From Desulfobacteraceae bacterium 4572_35.2 (lineage in GTDB: Bacteria > Desulfobacterota > Desulfuromonadia > Desulfuromonadales > Desulfuromonadaceae), in NCBI GenBank assembly GCA_002084665.1, contig NBLY01000008.1:1-43223 (forward strand): a stretch of 43,223 nucleotides of DNA. The letters run 5' to 3'. A model generated the notes under the pieces. That model did not search any database. It worked only from the letters and a program-made list of their open reading frames with translations, and had not been told where the DNA came from. Positions within the stretch are counted from its first letter, which is position 1. The number at the start of each line of letters is the position of its first letter. Shown one piece after another: positions 1 to 10,916 of the stretch. A program made the translations under genes and the position numbers.

Positions 1-102
1 AGCGGCATTCATCATGTTTGCAATCCCCTTATCGTCGTAACTACCAACTAAAAATACTGGTGTCGGATAGACAATCGGCTTGGCACCGAGTGATTTTTTC
101 AT
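1..102 (-). CDS. Flavoredoxin / flavin reductase family protein, N-terminal part (runs off window)
   Basis: Hand translation from ATG at 102: [34 protein letters not shown], typical flavoredoxin N-terminus; AAGGA RBS upstream. Not in the ORF track. Confidence 0.8.
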   Translation of the reverse strand, partial: MKKSLGAKPIVYPTPVFLVGSYDDKGIANMMNAA

Positions 103-146
103 CTCATGTCCTTCATACTAAGTGTTATACCTCAATTAACTCTCTC

Positions 147-1787
147 TCAACACACTCCACAACGGTCACATCCTTTTTGGCATGGTCGCGAAAGCGTTGC
201 CGTAAGTCCAGCTTGATATTCGCGCCACAAATACACTTTATCAACTCCTGCGCTAATCACATCCCAGGGTAGTATTTCGAACTGGGTCCGTTGGCGTTGG
301 GCGTAAAAACTGGGATCAATCCCCTCGCCACGACAAGCACCACTACGAACGGATTCAACCTGTAATTTCATGTTGGGCATGCGATTAATCTGTTTACGTA
401 AATAAGCAATAGTACGTTTCAATTCTGGAATGGGAGCCATACCAGCCCACTGAAACGGTGTCATCGGTTTTGGGATAAAGGGATTGACTGATAACGTGAT
501 CGTTCCCAGACGACCGAGAGGCCGCTGAGCTTCGACCCAAATGGCACGAATTTTACTGACCAATGCAATGAGTTCTTCATTATCGTCACTTGTTTCAGTG
601 GGTAAGCCGATCAAAAAATATAATTTCAAATTTAAGATCCCCTCATCGGCTAAAATTTTTACCGCGCCTACAATTTGCTCTTCAGTGAGGTGTTTATTGA
701 CCAAATCTCGCAAGCGCTGACTCCCCGCTTCAGGGGCTAAAGCAAGGGTTTTTTGCCCTGACTGCTTTAATATTCTCACTTGATCACTGGTCATAGTATC
801 AATACGTAGACTAGCAACAGACACCTCGGCCCCGCTGTCAATAACCTGCTCAGTCACCTCGTCGAGAGAGGAATAATCCGACACCGCTGCTCCAACTAAG
901 CCAGCGGTCGCGGTACTGCTATCACACAAACAAGGGGTCAATTGCTCCATCACACATTGTGCTGTTTTTTCACGTGGCGGCAGGTAAGCAAACCCTGTGG
1001 CACAAAAGCGACAACCGCGCGAACAACCGCGCGACACCTCGATAAGATCCATCGTGCCAAAGGCGGTATGCGGAGTTTTGATCAAACTTTGACACTGAGT
1101 GGTATTCAGATCTGTTACCCACTGCCTCTGAACAGGCAAACAGCTGTAATCCTTGGCCGTGATAGAAGCAAGTGTTCCATCTTCACGGTAGTCGACGTGA
1201 TACAAATTCGGCACATAATAACCAGCTTGTTGGCCAAGGGCCGCTAAGCACTCACTGCGCTCATCACTAAGCAATATTTGATCGAGCAGGGGATTTAGCA
1301 GTACTTCGGCTTCGCCAACAACAAAAAGATCGACAAACTCGGCAATAGGCTCCGGATTCAATAGAGCACAAATACCGCCGGCGATAACTAGAGGATGCTC
1401 GTGATTACGTTGCTGCCGCCATAATGGCAAACGAAACAAGTCAAAGAGAATGGGAAAATTGATATAATCATTTTCAAACGACAGCGAAAAAGCGATGACA
1501 TCAAATGAGTCGACTGTGCGCCCTGTTTCAAGTGACACAATAGGTGTATTGATTTTATGGTGACGTTCAAGGTCTTCGCTATCTGGCAGAAAAAAACGCT
1601 CGCACAGGCAATCATCGCGCTGCTGAATAAGCTGGTAAACAGCCTGAAAACCGAGGTTACTCATAGCATGGTAATAGGTGTTGGGATAAACTAACGCGAC
1701 TGTGAGTCGTCCACCCCACGGCTTGGGTTGACAGCCGATCTCATCAGCCAGACGCTGTTGCCGCTTTTCACGCAAATGATGGGGCAT
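147..1787 (-). CDS. Radical SAM protein with B12-binding-like N-terminal region (TIGR03960-like)
   Basis: YPNTYYHAMSNLG start, CxxxCxxC (CSRGCRFC), LAPEAGSQRLR, C-terminal CxxxCxxCxxC; appears to lack a segment near nt 340. Confidence 0.85.
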   Translation of the reverse strand: MPHHLREKRQQRLADEIGCQPKPWGGRLTVALVYPNTYYHAMSNLGFQAVYQLIQQRDDCLCERFFLPDSEDLERHHKINTPIVSLETGRTVDSFDVIAFSLSFENDYINFPILFDLFRLPLWRQQRNHEHPLVIAGGICALLNPEPIAEFVDLFVVGEAEVLLNPLLDQILLSDERSECLAALGQQAGYYVPNLYHVDYREDGTLASITAKDYSCLPVQRQWVTDLNTTQCQSLIKTPHTAFGTMDLIEVSRGCSRGCRFCATGFAYLPPREKTAQCVMEQLTPCLCDSSTATAGLVGAAVSDYSSLDEVTEQVIDSGAEVSVASLRIDTMTSDQVRILKQSGQKTLALAPEAGSQRLRDLVNKHLTEEQIVGAVKILADEGILNLKLYFLIGLPTETSDDNEELIALVSKIRAIWVEAQRPLGRLGTITLSVNPFIPKPMTPFQWAGMAPIPELKRTIAYLRKQINRMPNMKLQVESVRSGACRGEGIDPSFYAQRQRTQFEILPWDVISAGVDKVYLWREYQAGLTATLSRPCQKGCDRCGVC

Positions 1788-1803
1788 GACTCACCTATTT
1801 TCC

Positions 1804-1835
1804 AAAAAAAGAAACGGGGACCATAAAGGTCCCCG
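1804..1835 (-). terminator. Intrinsic terminator downstream of ftsZ
   Basis: Perfect 8-bp stem CGGGGACC/GGTCCCCG (1815-1835) followed on the minus strand by TTTCTTTTTTT. Confidence 0.85.
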
Positions 1836-1994
1836 ATCTGAGGGAGTTATACATGACACCTGTCAGTACAACCTATCCAGCACTGCGGACGGAGACCGCT
1901 TGCTGGATAACTTTAGCACCAAATCTACCTATAAATGATACGCAGTAAATTCATGGTGATGTCTGGAGTATTTAGAGGGCTGTCCGACAACCTC

Positions 1995-3143
1995 CTAGTC
2001 CTGACGCTTACGCAAGAAGGTGGGGATATCATATTCGTCATCCTCATTACCCTTAGAACGCATAGAACGAGTCGCTTCGCGTTGTTGGTTGCGAATGATC
2101 GTTGGCACATCAAGATCAACCTTTGAGCCAATCCGTTTTGAGGCGTCGCTCTTAAGGTTTTTCAAGTGGCGCTTATCCTTTTCAAACGAATCACCAAAAC
2201 CTGTCGCAATCGCGGTAATTTTGATTTTTTCACCCAGCTCTTCGTTGATGACCAAACCAACAATAATATTGGCATCTTCGTGAACTTTTTCGTGAACAAT
2301 GCGTGACGCTTCATCGAACTCTTCCATCGTCATACTGCTTGAACCAGAGATATTAACCAACACCCCTTTGGCACCTGAGATATCAATATCTTCCAGCAAC
2401 GGGCTACTAATCGCTTGCTGTGCCGCTTCGCTTGAACGCTTCTCACCTTCAGCGATACCGATACCCATCATCGCCATGCCACGCTCACTCATCACCGATT
2501 TCACATCAGCGAAGTCAACGTTCATCAAGCCGCTGGTGGTGATCAGATCTGAGATTCCTTGAACCGCTTGACGCAGAACATCATCTGCCGGCCTAAATGC
2601 ATCGAGAATACTCATATTTTTGCCAGCGAGGCCAACAAGACGATCATTGGGGATCACAATAAGTGAATCAACCACTTTTTTTAGTTCCTCAACGCCACCC
2701 TCAGCCTTAATCAACCGTTGACGTCCTTCGCGGGTAAAAGGTTTGGTGACCACACCAACAGTTAATGCACCAACCTCGCGTGCTGCTTCAGCAATAACAG
2801 GGGCAGCACCTGTTCCAGTGCCACCACCAAGACCGCAGGCAACAAAAACCATGTCAGCTCCGGTTAGAAGCTCACTGATTCGAGCACGATCTTCCATGGC
2901 AGCTTCACGTCCAGTATCTGGGTTCGCACCAGCACCTAAGCCTTTGGTCAACTTAGTACCAATCTGAACCTTCATGGTTGCTACGCTACGCTTCAATGCT
3001 TGAGCATCGGTATTGGCAACAATAAATTCAACGCCAGTGATATCGGCATTTATCATCGCGTCAACGACGTTGCTGCCGCCTCCACCGACACCGATCACTT
3101 TAATCTTTGCCGTTTGGTCTAACGATTCATCAAATTCAAACAT
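1995..3143 (-). CDS. ftsZ: Cell division protein FtsZ
   Basis: [15 protein letters not shown] tubulin signature, NVDFAD, C-terminal DIPTFLRK. Confidence 0.99.
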   Translation of the reverse strand: MFEFDESLDQTAKIKVIGVGGGGSNVVDAMINADITGVEFIVANTDAQALKRSVATMKVQIGTKLTKGLGAGANPDTGREAAMEDRARISELLTGADMVFVACGLGGGTGTGAAPVIAEAAREVGALTVGVVTKPFTREGRQRLIKAEGGVEELKKVVDSLIVIPNDRLVGLAGKNMSILDAFRPADDVLRQAVQGISDLITTSGLMNVDFADVKSVMSERGMAMMGIGIAEGEKRSSEAAQQAISSPLLEDIDISGAKGVLVNISGSSSMTMEEFDEASRIVHEKVHEDANIIVGLVINEELGEKIKITAIATGFGDSFEKDKRHLKNLKSDASKRIGSKVDLDVPTIIRNQQREATRSMRSKGNEDDEYDIPTFLRKRQD

Positions 3144-3251
3144 GACTCCCCCTGCATGTGAATATCCCGTACATATTTTCTCCGTAAACAGATACGGGTG
3201 TGTTTATTCGCTTCATCGCTATTGTATTAACAACGATGATTGCTTTAGCCT

Positions 3252-4481
3252 TTAAAAAAACTCGCCAAACCACTCTTTCATCCGGCGCATAACACGATCA
3301 AATACTTTTTCCTCACCAATTGAGAAATTTTCACACTGTTGATTTTTGCTACCATAAATCACAAGACCAACACCAGTTGCATAAATTGGTGAATTAACAA
3401 CATCAATTAAACCACCCACCCCTTGCGGTGACCCACGACGAACGGGTAAGTTGAAAATTTGTTCGGCAAGTTCTGGCATTCCTGGCAAGATACTGGTTCC
3501 ACCAGTAATAACAACACCTGAGGCAATTAGGTCCTCATAACCACTGCGGACAATCTCTCGATTCACCAAAGTGAACATCTCTTCAACACGAGGCTCAAGA
3601 ATCTCAGCTAAGAGTTGGCGCGATAAAATCCGTGGTTCACGGCCACCTACCGACGGCACCTCAATTGTTTCATCCGAAGCGATATCACTGGTAAGACAGC
3701 TACCATAGGTACGCTTGATCCGTTCCGCTTCTGCCATCGGGGTACGCAACCCTACAGCGATATCATTGGTGAGGTGATTACCCCCCAAAGCCAACACCGA
3801 GGTATGCTTAATGGCACCATCAACAAAGATAGCTAAATCAGTAGTACCACCACCAATATCAACAATGGCCACCCCAAGCTCTTTTTCATCTGACGATAAC
3901 ACCGCTTCAGATGAAGCCAACGGCTCTAAAACAATATCAGCAACATTGACATTGGCTTTATTGCAGCTCTTAATAATATTTTGCGCGCTAGCAACTGCAC
4001 CCGTGACGATATGTACTTTAGCCTCAAGGCGAACACCACTCATTCCAAGCGGTTCCTTGATTCCATCTTGATCGTCAATAATATATTCCTGCGGCAACAC
4101 ATGGATCACTTCACGATCCATCGGGATAGCAATCGCCTTTGCCGCATCAATCACCCGCTGTATATCTTCGGTAGTCACTTCACGATTCTTTATCGCAATC
4201 ACACCCTGCGAATTAAAACCAGTGATATGAGCACCTGCGATACCAGCAAAGACCGAGTTGATCTCGCACCCCGCCATCAATTCAGCCTCTTGGAGCGCCT
4301 TGAGAATTGACTGAACCGTGCTTTCAATATTGATAACAACCCCTTTACGTAACCCTTTGGATACGCTGGTGCCAATACCTACAATTTCAAGTCCCGATTC
4401 CGTCATACTTCCAATAATGGTACAAATCTTTGTGGTACCAATATCAAGGCCGACAATAAGGTTTTCCTTGCGGTTGCTCAT
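3252..4481 (-). CDS. ftsA: Cell division protein FtsA
   Basis: GLDIGTTK, DIGGGTTD, C-terminal amphipathic helix (WFGEFF); start set at ATG 4481 (MSNRKE). Confidence 0.98.
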   Translation of the reverse strand: MSNRKENLIVGLDIGTTKICTIIGSMTESGLEIVGIGTSVSKGLRKGVVINIESTVQSILKALQEAELMAGCEINSVFAGIAGAHITGFNSQGVIAIKNREVTTEDIQRVIDAAKAIAIPMDREVIHVLPQEYIIDDQDGIKEPLGMSGVRLEAKVHIVTGAVASAQNIIKSCNKANVNVADIVLEPLASSEAVLSSDEKELGVAIVDIGGGTTDLAIFVDGAIKHTSVLALGGNHLTNDIAVGLRTPMAEAERIKRTYGSCLTSDIASDETIEVPSVGGREPRILSRQLLAEILEPRVEEMFTLVNREIVRSGYEDLIASGVVITGGTSILPGMPELAEQIFNLPVRRGSPQGVGGLIDVVNSPIYATGVGLVIYGSKNQQCENFSIGEEKVFDRVMRRMKEWFGEFF

Positions 4482-4630
4482 TCCTATCCTTCCCACAGTT
4501 CCCGATCGTAACGTATTCTACCGCTACGACCCTACTCTACAGTTCCATAATAGACTGTAAGCTAGAATCAATTTAAATCTAAGTTAGTTAAAACCAGTTA
4601 AGCCTAACTGTTTTCATCAACAACTAGAAC

Positions 4631-5455
4631 CTATTTAACAATTACTTTATCGGGTACGTTTAGATCGATGTATTGCAACACTGGTAATCGTTTTTCAATA
4701 TCTACATAAATGTGTTCGAGTAGATCGATTTTTTCACTAAAGTGTTGATTGCCAACATAAATTGGCACCCCAAAAGGATCACTGTAGAGAACAAAACCCT
4801 CTTGTGGGTTTATATCAATTTGCGCCACACTCGCAACATTAAACAGCTCTCTTGATTGCAAATCACTGAGCATTGCAGCAATCTGTCGCAAGCGCTGTTG
4901 GCTCACGTCAATATGATCAAGCAATTGCTGGCGATCTAGACCCGTTACTAACGGATAGTCGAGATCATCGCCGTCGCGTAGTACCTTGAATATCTCACCA
5001 TCACGATCAACGTAATAGAGATATTCAAGCTTAATGATGTAACACACTTCACGCTCGGTAATATCTACGATAATTCCCTGCGGCAGTTTACGCATAATAC
5101 GAGCAGAACGAATCCAATCATTTTCAGCGATCTTTTCACCGATACTTTCAAGGTCTAAGTCAAAAGTTCTTACCCCCTGTCGAATATCTGACAGATCGAT
5201 GACATCTTGATCGCTTAAGCGATAGTTACCTTGAACCGTGATGGATTGAACTTGAAAATGTTCCGAGTTCACCACTAGGTCGATCAACAACACCACGCCA
5301 ACTATGACAAGTCCAGCACAAGCAATAAGCATAGCGCCACGCGTACAGCGGGATATCAGTTGTTTCCAATTACGACTCGACGGATAACGAACATTTCGAT
5401 TAAGCCGTTTAACCTTAGTTTTTTGCGTTGCTGCTACCTTTTTCAAATCACGCAT
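4631..5455 (-). CDS. ftsQ: Cell division protein FtsQ/DivIB
   Basis: Basic N-terminus, one TM, POTRA-like region, YIDL near the C-terminus; between ddl and ftsA. Confidence 0.92.
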   Translation of the reverse strand: MRDLKKVAATQKTKVKRLNRNVRYPSSRNWKQLISRCTRGAMLIACAGLVIVGVVLLIDLVVNSEHFQVQSITVQGNYRLSDQDVIDLSDIRQGVRTFDLDLESIGEKIAENDWIRSARIMRKLPQGIIVDITEREVCYIIKLEYLYYVDRDGEIFKVLRDGDDLDYPLVTGLDRQQLLDHIDVSQQRLRQIAAMLSDLQSRELFNVASVAQIDINPQEGFVLYSDPFGVPIYVGNQHFSEKIDLLEHIYVDIEKRLPVLQYIDLNVPDKVIVK

Positions 5456-5477
5456 AATTTTCAGATGGCCCTAAATT

Positions 5478-6404
5478 TCAACGATCAAGTGACGCATCTC
5501 TAACAATACTTTCAACCAACGCTGCAAAATCTATACCGTCACATGCTGCCGCTTTGGGCAATAGGCTAGTTTTAGTCATCCCAGGGATGGTATTCACTTC
5601 GAGAAAGTAACATTGATCTTCAGTAACAATAAAATCAACCCGTGCAGCACCGCGACAACCGATACTGTCGCAACTCGCCACTGCAGCCAGTTGTAGTTCA
5701 TTGTATTGCTCGTCTGAAAATTGTGCTGGTACAATATATTGTGTTGTTCCAGCGGTGTATTTTGCCGCATAATCGTAAAAGCCATCAGCAGCAACCACCT
5801 CAATCACCGGTAAGGCTTTGCCCAACAATACCGACACGGTGACTTCACGCCCAGAGATAAATTGCTCAACTAAAACTCGGCGATCAAACGTTTGTGCAAA
5901 GATAATTGCCTGATAGAGCTCTTGTCGATTTTTGACAATTGTAATACCAAGGGTTGAGCCTTCACGAACAGGCTTAACAACCTGAGGGTAGTCATTACAA
6001 TTAGCACAAAGTGTTTCAATATCACTGTGTTCATCGACCAAAAAAGAGTCTGCGGTGGTGAGCTGACTGGCCACCATTCTTTTTGTTACATCTTTATCGA
6101 TAGCAATTGCGGAAGCAAGGACACCACTGCCAGTATAGGGAATCTGCATCATCTCCAGCAACCCTTGCAGGGTACCATCTTCACCATGACGACCATGGAC
6201 AGCAATAAATGCTATCTCTGCGCCCGACTCAATCAGTTGCTGGGTTAATCGTGAAGCAGAATCAATCACCACAGCATCGTAACCACGCTGGATTAACGCC
6301 TCATAAACAGCACCACCGGTACGCAACGAAACATCGCGTTCAGCAGAATCACCACCCATGATTACCGCGATCCGTTTTGACTTGATTGCATCACCCACGT
6401 TCAT
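5478..6404 (-). CDS. ddl: D-alanine--D-alanine ligase
   Basis: GGDSAERDVS, HGRHGEDG, FYDYAAKY, EVNTIPGMT. Confidence 0.98.
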   Translation of the reverse strand: MNVGDAIKSKRIAVIMGGDSAERDVSLRTGGAVYEALIQRGYDAVVIDSASRLTQQLIESGAEIAFIAVHGRHGEDGTLQGLLEMMQIPYTGSGVLASAIAIDKDVTKRMVASQLTTADSFLVDEHSDIETLCANCNDYPQVVKPVREGSTLGITIVKNRQELYQAIIFAQTFDRRVLVEQFISGREVTVSVLLGKALPVIEVVAADGFYDYAAKYTAGTTQYIVPAQFSDEQYNELQLAAVASCDSIGCRGAARVDFIVTEDQCYFLEVNTIPGMTKTSLLPKAAACDGIDFAALVESIVRDASLDR

Positions 6405-7369
6405 CGCCTCTCCTCGTCCCAGAGTAAATGTTTGTCAGGGCGGCTCAACAGTTCATCAAAATCACCCATCTTATGTACTTCAGGGCTTAAGCATACGCCT
6501 GTCTGATCCATAACAGTTTGCTGTACCAATGCCATCAATTGTGCAATCTCATCGGCAGTTGCACTGCCACGGTTTACGATAAAATTCGTATGCTGCTCAG
6601 AAACCTGTGCGTCGCCAATACTTTTGCCGCGCAAGCCACACTGATCGATCAATTTCCACGCCTGAGTTTCAGGTGGATTTTTAAATACCGAGCCTGCTGT
6701 TGCACCGATCACGGCATGGGCTTGACAACGATGTTCACGCGCGGCTGCTACCTTTTCGCGTAACAACTCTGGCTCACTGCGTTCACAGGCAAAGACCACC
6801 TCTAGCACCATATGTTTGTCGCCGATGGCACTGCTGCGATAACCAAAATGAAACTCATCACACACCCAACGTTCCACAGCAGCATTTTCTGCCACCAATG
6901 CTGACTGAAGGCAATCAGCAATCTGTTGCCCCAACGCCCCAGCATTACCAGCGACAGCGCCACCTACCGTACCGGGTATTCCAGCGAGCGATTCAAATCC
7001 AGCATAACCTAAGCGTACCGCCTCTTGCACAAGATGACTTAGCGGACACCCTGCTCCAACAGTTAATTGACACGCGCCCGACTGGCTGATCCGATTCATA
7101 TCTGACAACTGAATCACTAGCCCCCGCACCCCTTTATCGGCAATGAGCAGGTTACTGCCGCCACCTAACACCCGCCACGGCACACGATGATGACGGATAA
7201 AGGCAAAAACAGTATGAACATCCTCAACATCAAGCGGACGCACTAGAAGATCAGCTGGGCCACCAACTCGCCACGAGTTGAGGTTTTTCAAGGGTTCGTC
7301 GATCAAACACTCCCCCCGTATCGCCCAACTTCCTTGAGTTAATTCCTTACGCCAATCAACATTGATCAT
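6401..7369 (-). CDS. murB: UDP-N-acetylenolpyruvoylglucosamine reductase
   Basis: [36 protein letters not shown]. Confidence 0.97.
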   Translation of the reverse strand: MINVDWRKELTQGSWAIRGECLIDEPLKNLNSWRVGGPADLLVRPLDVEDVHTVFAFIRHHRVPWRVLGGGSNLLIADKGVRGLVIQLSDMNRISQSGACQLTVGAGCPLSHLVQEAVRLGYAGFESLAGIPGTVGGAVAGNAGALGQQIADCLQSALVAENAAVERWVCDEFHFGYRSSAIGDKHMVLEVVFACERSEPELLREKVAAAREHRCQAHAVIGATAGSVFKNPPETQAWKLIDQCGLRGKSIGDAQVSEQHTNFIVNRGSATADEIAQLMALVQQTVMDQTGVCLSPEVHKMGDFDELLSRPDKHLLWDEERR

Positions 7370-8733
7370 TTTACTAACGTTTCAATAAGCTGTTCACCCA
7401 CTTGCCACACCGAACCGGCACCAAATGTGATCACCATATCACCTGTCGTCAGCTCTTTATTCAGCTGTTCAAGAACCTGCTGTGCTTCACCGCAGTAGTG
7501 AACATTACGATGGCCATGCTCCGAAATGGCTTGGACTAACACCTGACTATCTATGCCAGCGATCTTCTCCTCACCTGCAGCGTAAACATCCATAACGATC
7601 AGACAATCGGCTTGAAAAAATGCGGTAACAAAATCATCAAACAACGCCTTGGTTCGACTGTAGCGATGTGGTTGAAAAACTGCAACAATCCGTCGATCCC
7701 AGCCATTACGAGCGGCGGCTAGAGTTGACGTTATCTCTGTTGGATGATGACCATAATCGTCCACTACCATAACATCATCATCATGCTTAATCTGAAAACG
7801 ACGCTGAACGCCAGCAAAGTCGGCAAATCCGTGTTGGATCGTTTCAACATCAAGCTCTAACTCACGGGCTACCGCCAACGAAGCCAGCGCATTCAGCACA
7901 TTATGCTCACCGGGCATCTCAATTCGCATCCGACCAAGATCCTGATTACGATAACTCACCTGAAACTCGGTGCCGCCACCACTGTACTGAATATCTGTTG
8001 CCCGATAATCAGCCTGCGGTGTTACACCATAAGTCACATAACGTTTTTCAACTTGCGGCAGAATTGCTTGGATATTGCAATCGTCGAGACATAGAACGGC
8101 TAAACCATAGAATGGAATTTTATTGATAAAATCGATAAACACCGACTGAATTTCATCCAGTCCTGAATAATAATCCAGGTGATCAATATCAATATTAGTG
8201 ACCACGGCAATACTAGGCGATAATTTCAAAAAAGAGCCATCGGATTCATCGGCCTCCACCACCATAAACTGCCCTTGGCCCAACTTAGCGTTTGAGCCCA
8301 GCGCATTAAGGCGGCCGCCGACAACAGCTGTCGGATCAATGCCACCATGCGACAACAGAGTGGCAACCATACTGGTAGTCGTTGTCTTACCATGGGTACC
8401 AGCAATGGCAATACCGTACTTCATCCGCATCAATTCAGCGAGCATCTCCGCGCGCGGAATGACAGGGACATGCAACCGCTGCGCTTCGACAACTTCTGGA
8501 TTATCAGCCGCGACGGCGGTACTGGTAACCACCACCTGCGCGTCAGTGACATTCTCTGCGGCATGACCAGAATAGATTGTGCCACCGAGTTGCTCAAGAC
8601 GACGAGTTAAATCACTGGCCCTGAGATCAGAACCCGACACCTGATAGTTAAGATTAAGCAGCACCTCGGCGATACCACTCATACCAATACCACCAATGCC
8701 AACAAAATGGATTCGACGAATTTTCCCGTACAT
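7366..8733 (-). CDS. murC: UDP-N-acetylmuramate--L-alanine ligase
   Basis: [38 protein letters not shown]. Confidence 0.99.
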   Translation of the reverse strand: MYGKIRRIHFVGIGGIGMSGIAEVLLNLNYQVSGSDLRASDLTRRLEQLGGTIYSGHAAENVTDAQVVVTSTAVAADNPEVVEAQRLHVPVIPRAEMLAELMRMKYGIAIAGTHGKTTTTSMVATLLSHGGIDPTAVVGGRLNALGSNAKLGQGQFMVVEADESDGSFLKLSPSIAVVTNIDIDHLDYYSGLDEIQSVFIDFINKIPFYGLAVLCLDDCNIQAILPQVEKRYVTYGVTPQADYRATDIQYSGGGTEFQVSYRNQDLGRMRIEMPGEHNVLNALASLAVARELELDVETIQHGFADFAGVQRRFQIKHDDDVMVVDDYGHHPTEITSTLAAARNGWDRRIVAVFQPHRYSRTKALFDDFVTAFFQADCLIVMDVYAAGEEKIAGIDSQVLVQAISEHGHRNVHYCGEAQQVLEQLNKELTTGDMVITFGAGSVWQVGEQLIETLVK

Positions 8734-8736
8734 AGC

Positions 8737-9816
8737 TTATTTCCGTTTCTGCACCAGCATTTGGCACTCATGAAGAATGAGATCTGCGGCCCCTTTTGCC
8801 CCAAGCAAACGAGCCTGCTTGCCCATTGCATCCAACCGCTGTTGATCGTTGAGCAAATCGATAATAGTGTGCGCTAATCTCTCACCATCCAATTCACATT
8901 GCGGTATTAACCGCGCCGCCCCAGCATCCACAAAAGCTTGCGCATTACAGGTTTGATGATCCGCTGCAGCTTGCGGAAATGGGATCAACACCGACGGTCG
9001 GCCACAGGCAGCCAGTTCTGCCACAGTGGTAGCTCCTGAACGGCAGACAACTAACTTACTCTGCACATAGGCCGTGGTCATATCATCAATAAATTCGACA
9101 ACTTCAACCTGATTCAAACCACGATCATTGTAATCAGTTACCACATCAGCCATCACATCACGGCCAGTCTGATGAATCACTTTCAGTGTTGGAAACACTT
9201 CCATCACCTGCGGCAACGCTGCAACCATCGCTTCATTGATAGCCCTCGCCCCCTGACTGCCACCAAAAACTAACAGTTGCGGTGTCTCGCCATGCCAAGG
9301 ACGACAGTTAAACATCTGCTGACGAACAGGGTTGCCAGTTAACACCACCGCTTTGCGACCAAAACCTTTAGCCCCCTGGACCATCGATAGACAGATTCGC
9401 CCCGCCCACAATGATGCGACGCGATTGGCCAAACCGGGGATGGCATTTTGTTCATGCAATACCACCGGAACGCGTGTCAACCCAGCAGCAACTAATGTTG
9501 GCAAAGAGGCATAGCCACCAACCCCAATCACCACATCAGGTTTAAATTGTCTTAAAATTCTGAGTGCCTCACGAGTACTGCTTACCAACTTTACCAGTAC
9601 CATTGTTTTTCGCGATAACGATTGACCCGCGAAACCACAAAATTCAACCGTTTCAAGTTCGAAGCCTTGCGGTTCAACCACCCGACTCTCAATCCCCTGC
9701 GGGGTGCCAACAAACAAAATTTCCGCTTGTTGATCCTGTTGCCGAGCCTGTTGAGCCATTGCTAAAGCGGGGAAAATATGGCCGCCAGTGCCACCGCCAG
9801 TAAATAGATATCTCAT
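8737..9816 (-). CDS. murG: Undecaprenyldiphospho-muramoylpentapeptide beta-N-acetylglucosaminyltransferase
   Basis: GGGTGGH, HEQN, GNPVR, GGSQGA; start at ATG 9816 overlapping the ftsW stop (ATGA). Confidence 0.98.
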   Translation of the reverse strand: MRYLFTGGGTGGHIFPALAMAQQARQQDQQAEILFVGTPQGIESRVVEPQGFELETVEFCGFAGQSLSRKTMVLVKLVSSTREALRILRQFKPDVVIGVGGYASLPTLVAAGLTRVPVVLHEQNAIPGLANRVASLWAGRICLSMVQGAKGFGRKAVVLTGNPVRQQMFNCRPWHGETPQLLVFGGSQGARAINEAMVAALPQVMEVFPTLKVIHQTGRDVMADVVTDYNDRGLNQVEVVEFIDDMTTAYVQSKLVVCRSGATTVAELAACGRPSVLIPFPQAAADHQTCNAQAFVDAGAARLIPQCELDGERLAHTIIDLLNDQQRLDAMGKQARLLGAKGAADLILHECQMLVQKRK

Positions 9817-10916
9817 CGCTGAACCTTTTCTACTGAAGCCGAGATATTGAGTAGCACCCCAATTGAAAACAAGGTACACAACAAGCTGGTCCCACCATAG
9901 GATAACAGCGGCAAGGCGAGACCCTTATTTGGCACTAGGCCAGTAACAACTGCCATATTGGCAAACGCCTGTAAACCAAACAACAAACTAATGCCGAAGG
10001 CCGTCAAACGTCCAAAGCCATCATCAGATTGACTCGCCACTCGTAAGCCGAGTAATACCACACCAAGAAACATGGTAATCACAATCACCACTGCAACAAA
10101 ACCAAGTTCCTCTCCGACCACTGAAAAAATAAAATCAGTATGTGCTTCAGGCAAAAAGAATAGTTTTTGTTTGCCCTCACCGAGTCCCTGCCCAGTAAGT
10201 CCACCAACACCAAACCCCATCCAACTTTGGATAATTTGAAAACCAGTATCTCTTGGATCTTTCCATGGATCCCAAAAGGCCATAATGCGTTGAATACGAT
10301 ATTTTTCGTGCATAATCAACCACACTATGGTCGGGGTGGCGGTCAACACACTGAACGTTAAATAGCGACACTTGGTTCCCGCAACCAATAGCATCATACC
10401 TGTTACAATCGCCATGGTTGCCGAACCACCAAGATCGCGCTGGGCGACCATAAGACAGAGCAACACCAGCAGCACCACCATGTAGGGGACAAAACCATAT
10501 TTAAATTCTTTTAGCCGATCCTCTTTTTTGGTCGCCGAATGGGCAAGATAAAAGATCAACGCTAACTTTGCAGCTTCCGAAGGCTGAAAGGTAAAGCCCG
10601 GCATCTTAATCCACCGACTTGCACCACCCGCCTGATGACCAATACCGGGGATAAAAACGGCGGCCATCAGTAATGTACATATCACTAAAAATGGTACCGA
10701 AAGTTTCCGCCACCAATGATAATCGATTCGCATTGTTACAGCTAAAATAAACAAGCCTAACGCCGCAAACAGCCCTTGGCGTTTCAAAAAGAAAAAGCTA
10801 TCGTGATATCTTCTGTCAGCCATAATTGAGGAGGAGGAGTAAACCATTAACACCCCAAAGCAGGCCAACGCTACCGTTAAAATTAAAATTGTCGAATCGT
10901 ACTGGCGCTTCCCCAT
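9813..10916 (-). CDS. ftsW: SEDS peptidoglycan polymerase FtsW
   Basis: Multi-TM; RWI, FQPSE, LPEAHTDFIFS, SYGGTS motifs. Confidence 0.97.
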   Translation of the reverse strand: MGKRQYDSTILILTVALACFGVLMVYSSSSIMADRRYHDSFFFLKRQGLFAALGLFILAVTMRIDYHWWRKLSVPFLVICTLLMAAVFIPGIGHQAGGASRWIKMPGFTFQPSEAAKLALIFYLAHSATKKEDRLKEFKYGFVPYMVVLLVLLCLMVAQRDLGGSATMAIVTGMMLLVAGTKCRYLTFSVLTATPTIVWLIMHEKYRIQRIMAFWDPWKDPRDTGFQIIQSWMGFGVGGLTGQGLGEGKQKLFFLPEAHTDFIFSVVGEELGFVAVVIVITMFLGVVLLGLRVASQSDDGFGRLTAFGISLLFGLQAFANMAVVTGLVPNKGLALPLLSYGGTSLLCTLFSIGVLLNISASVEKVQR

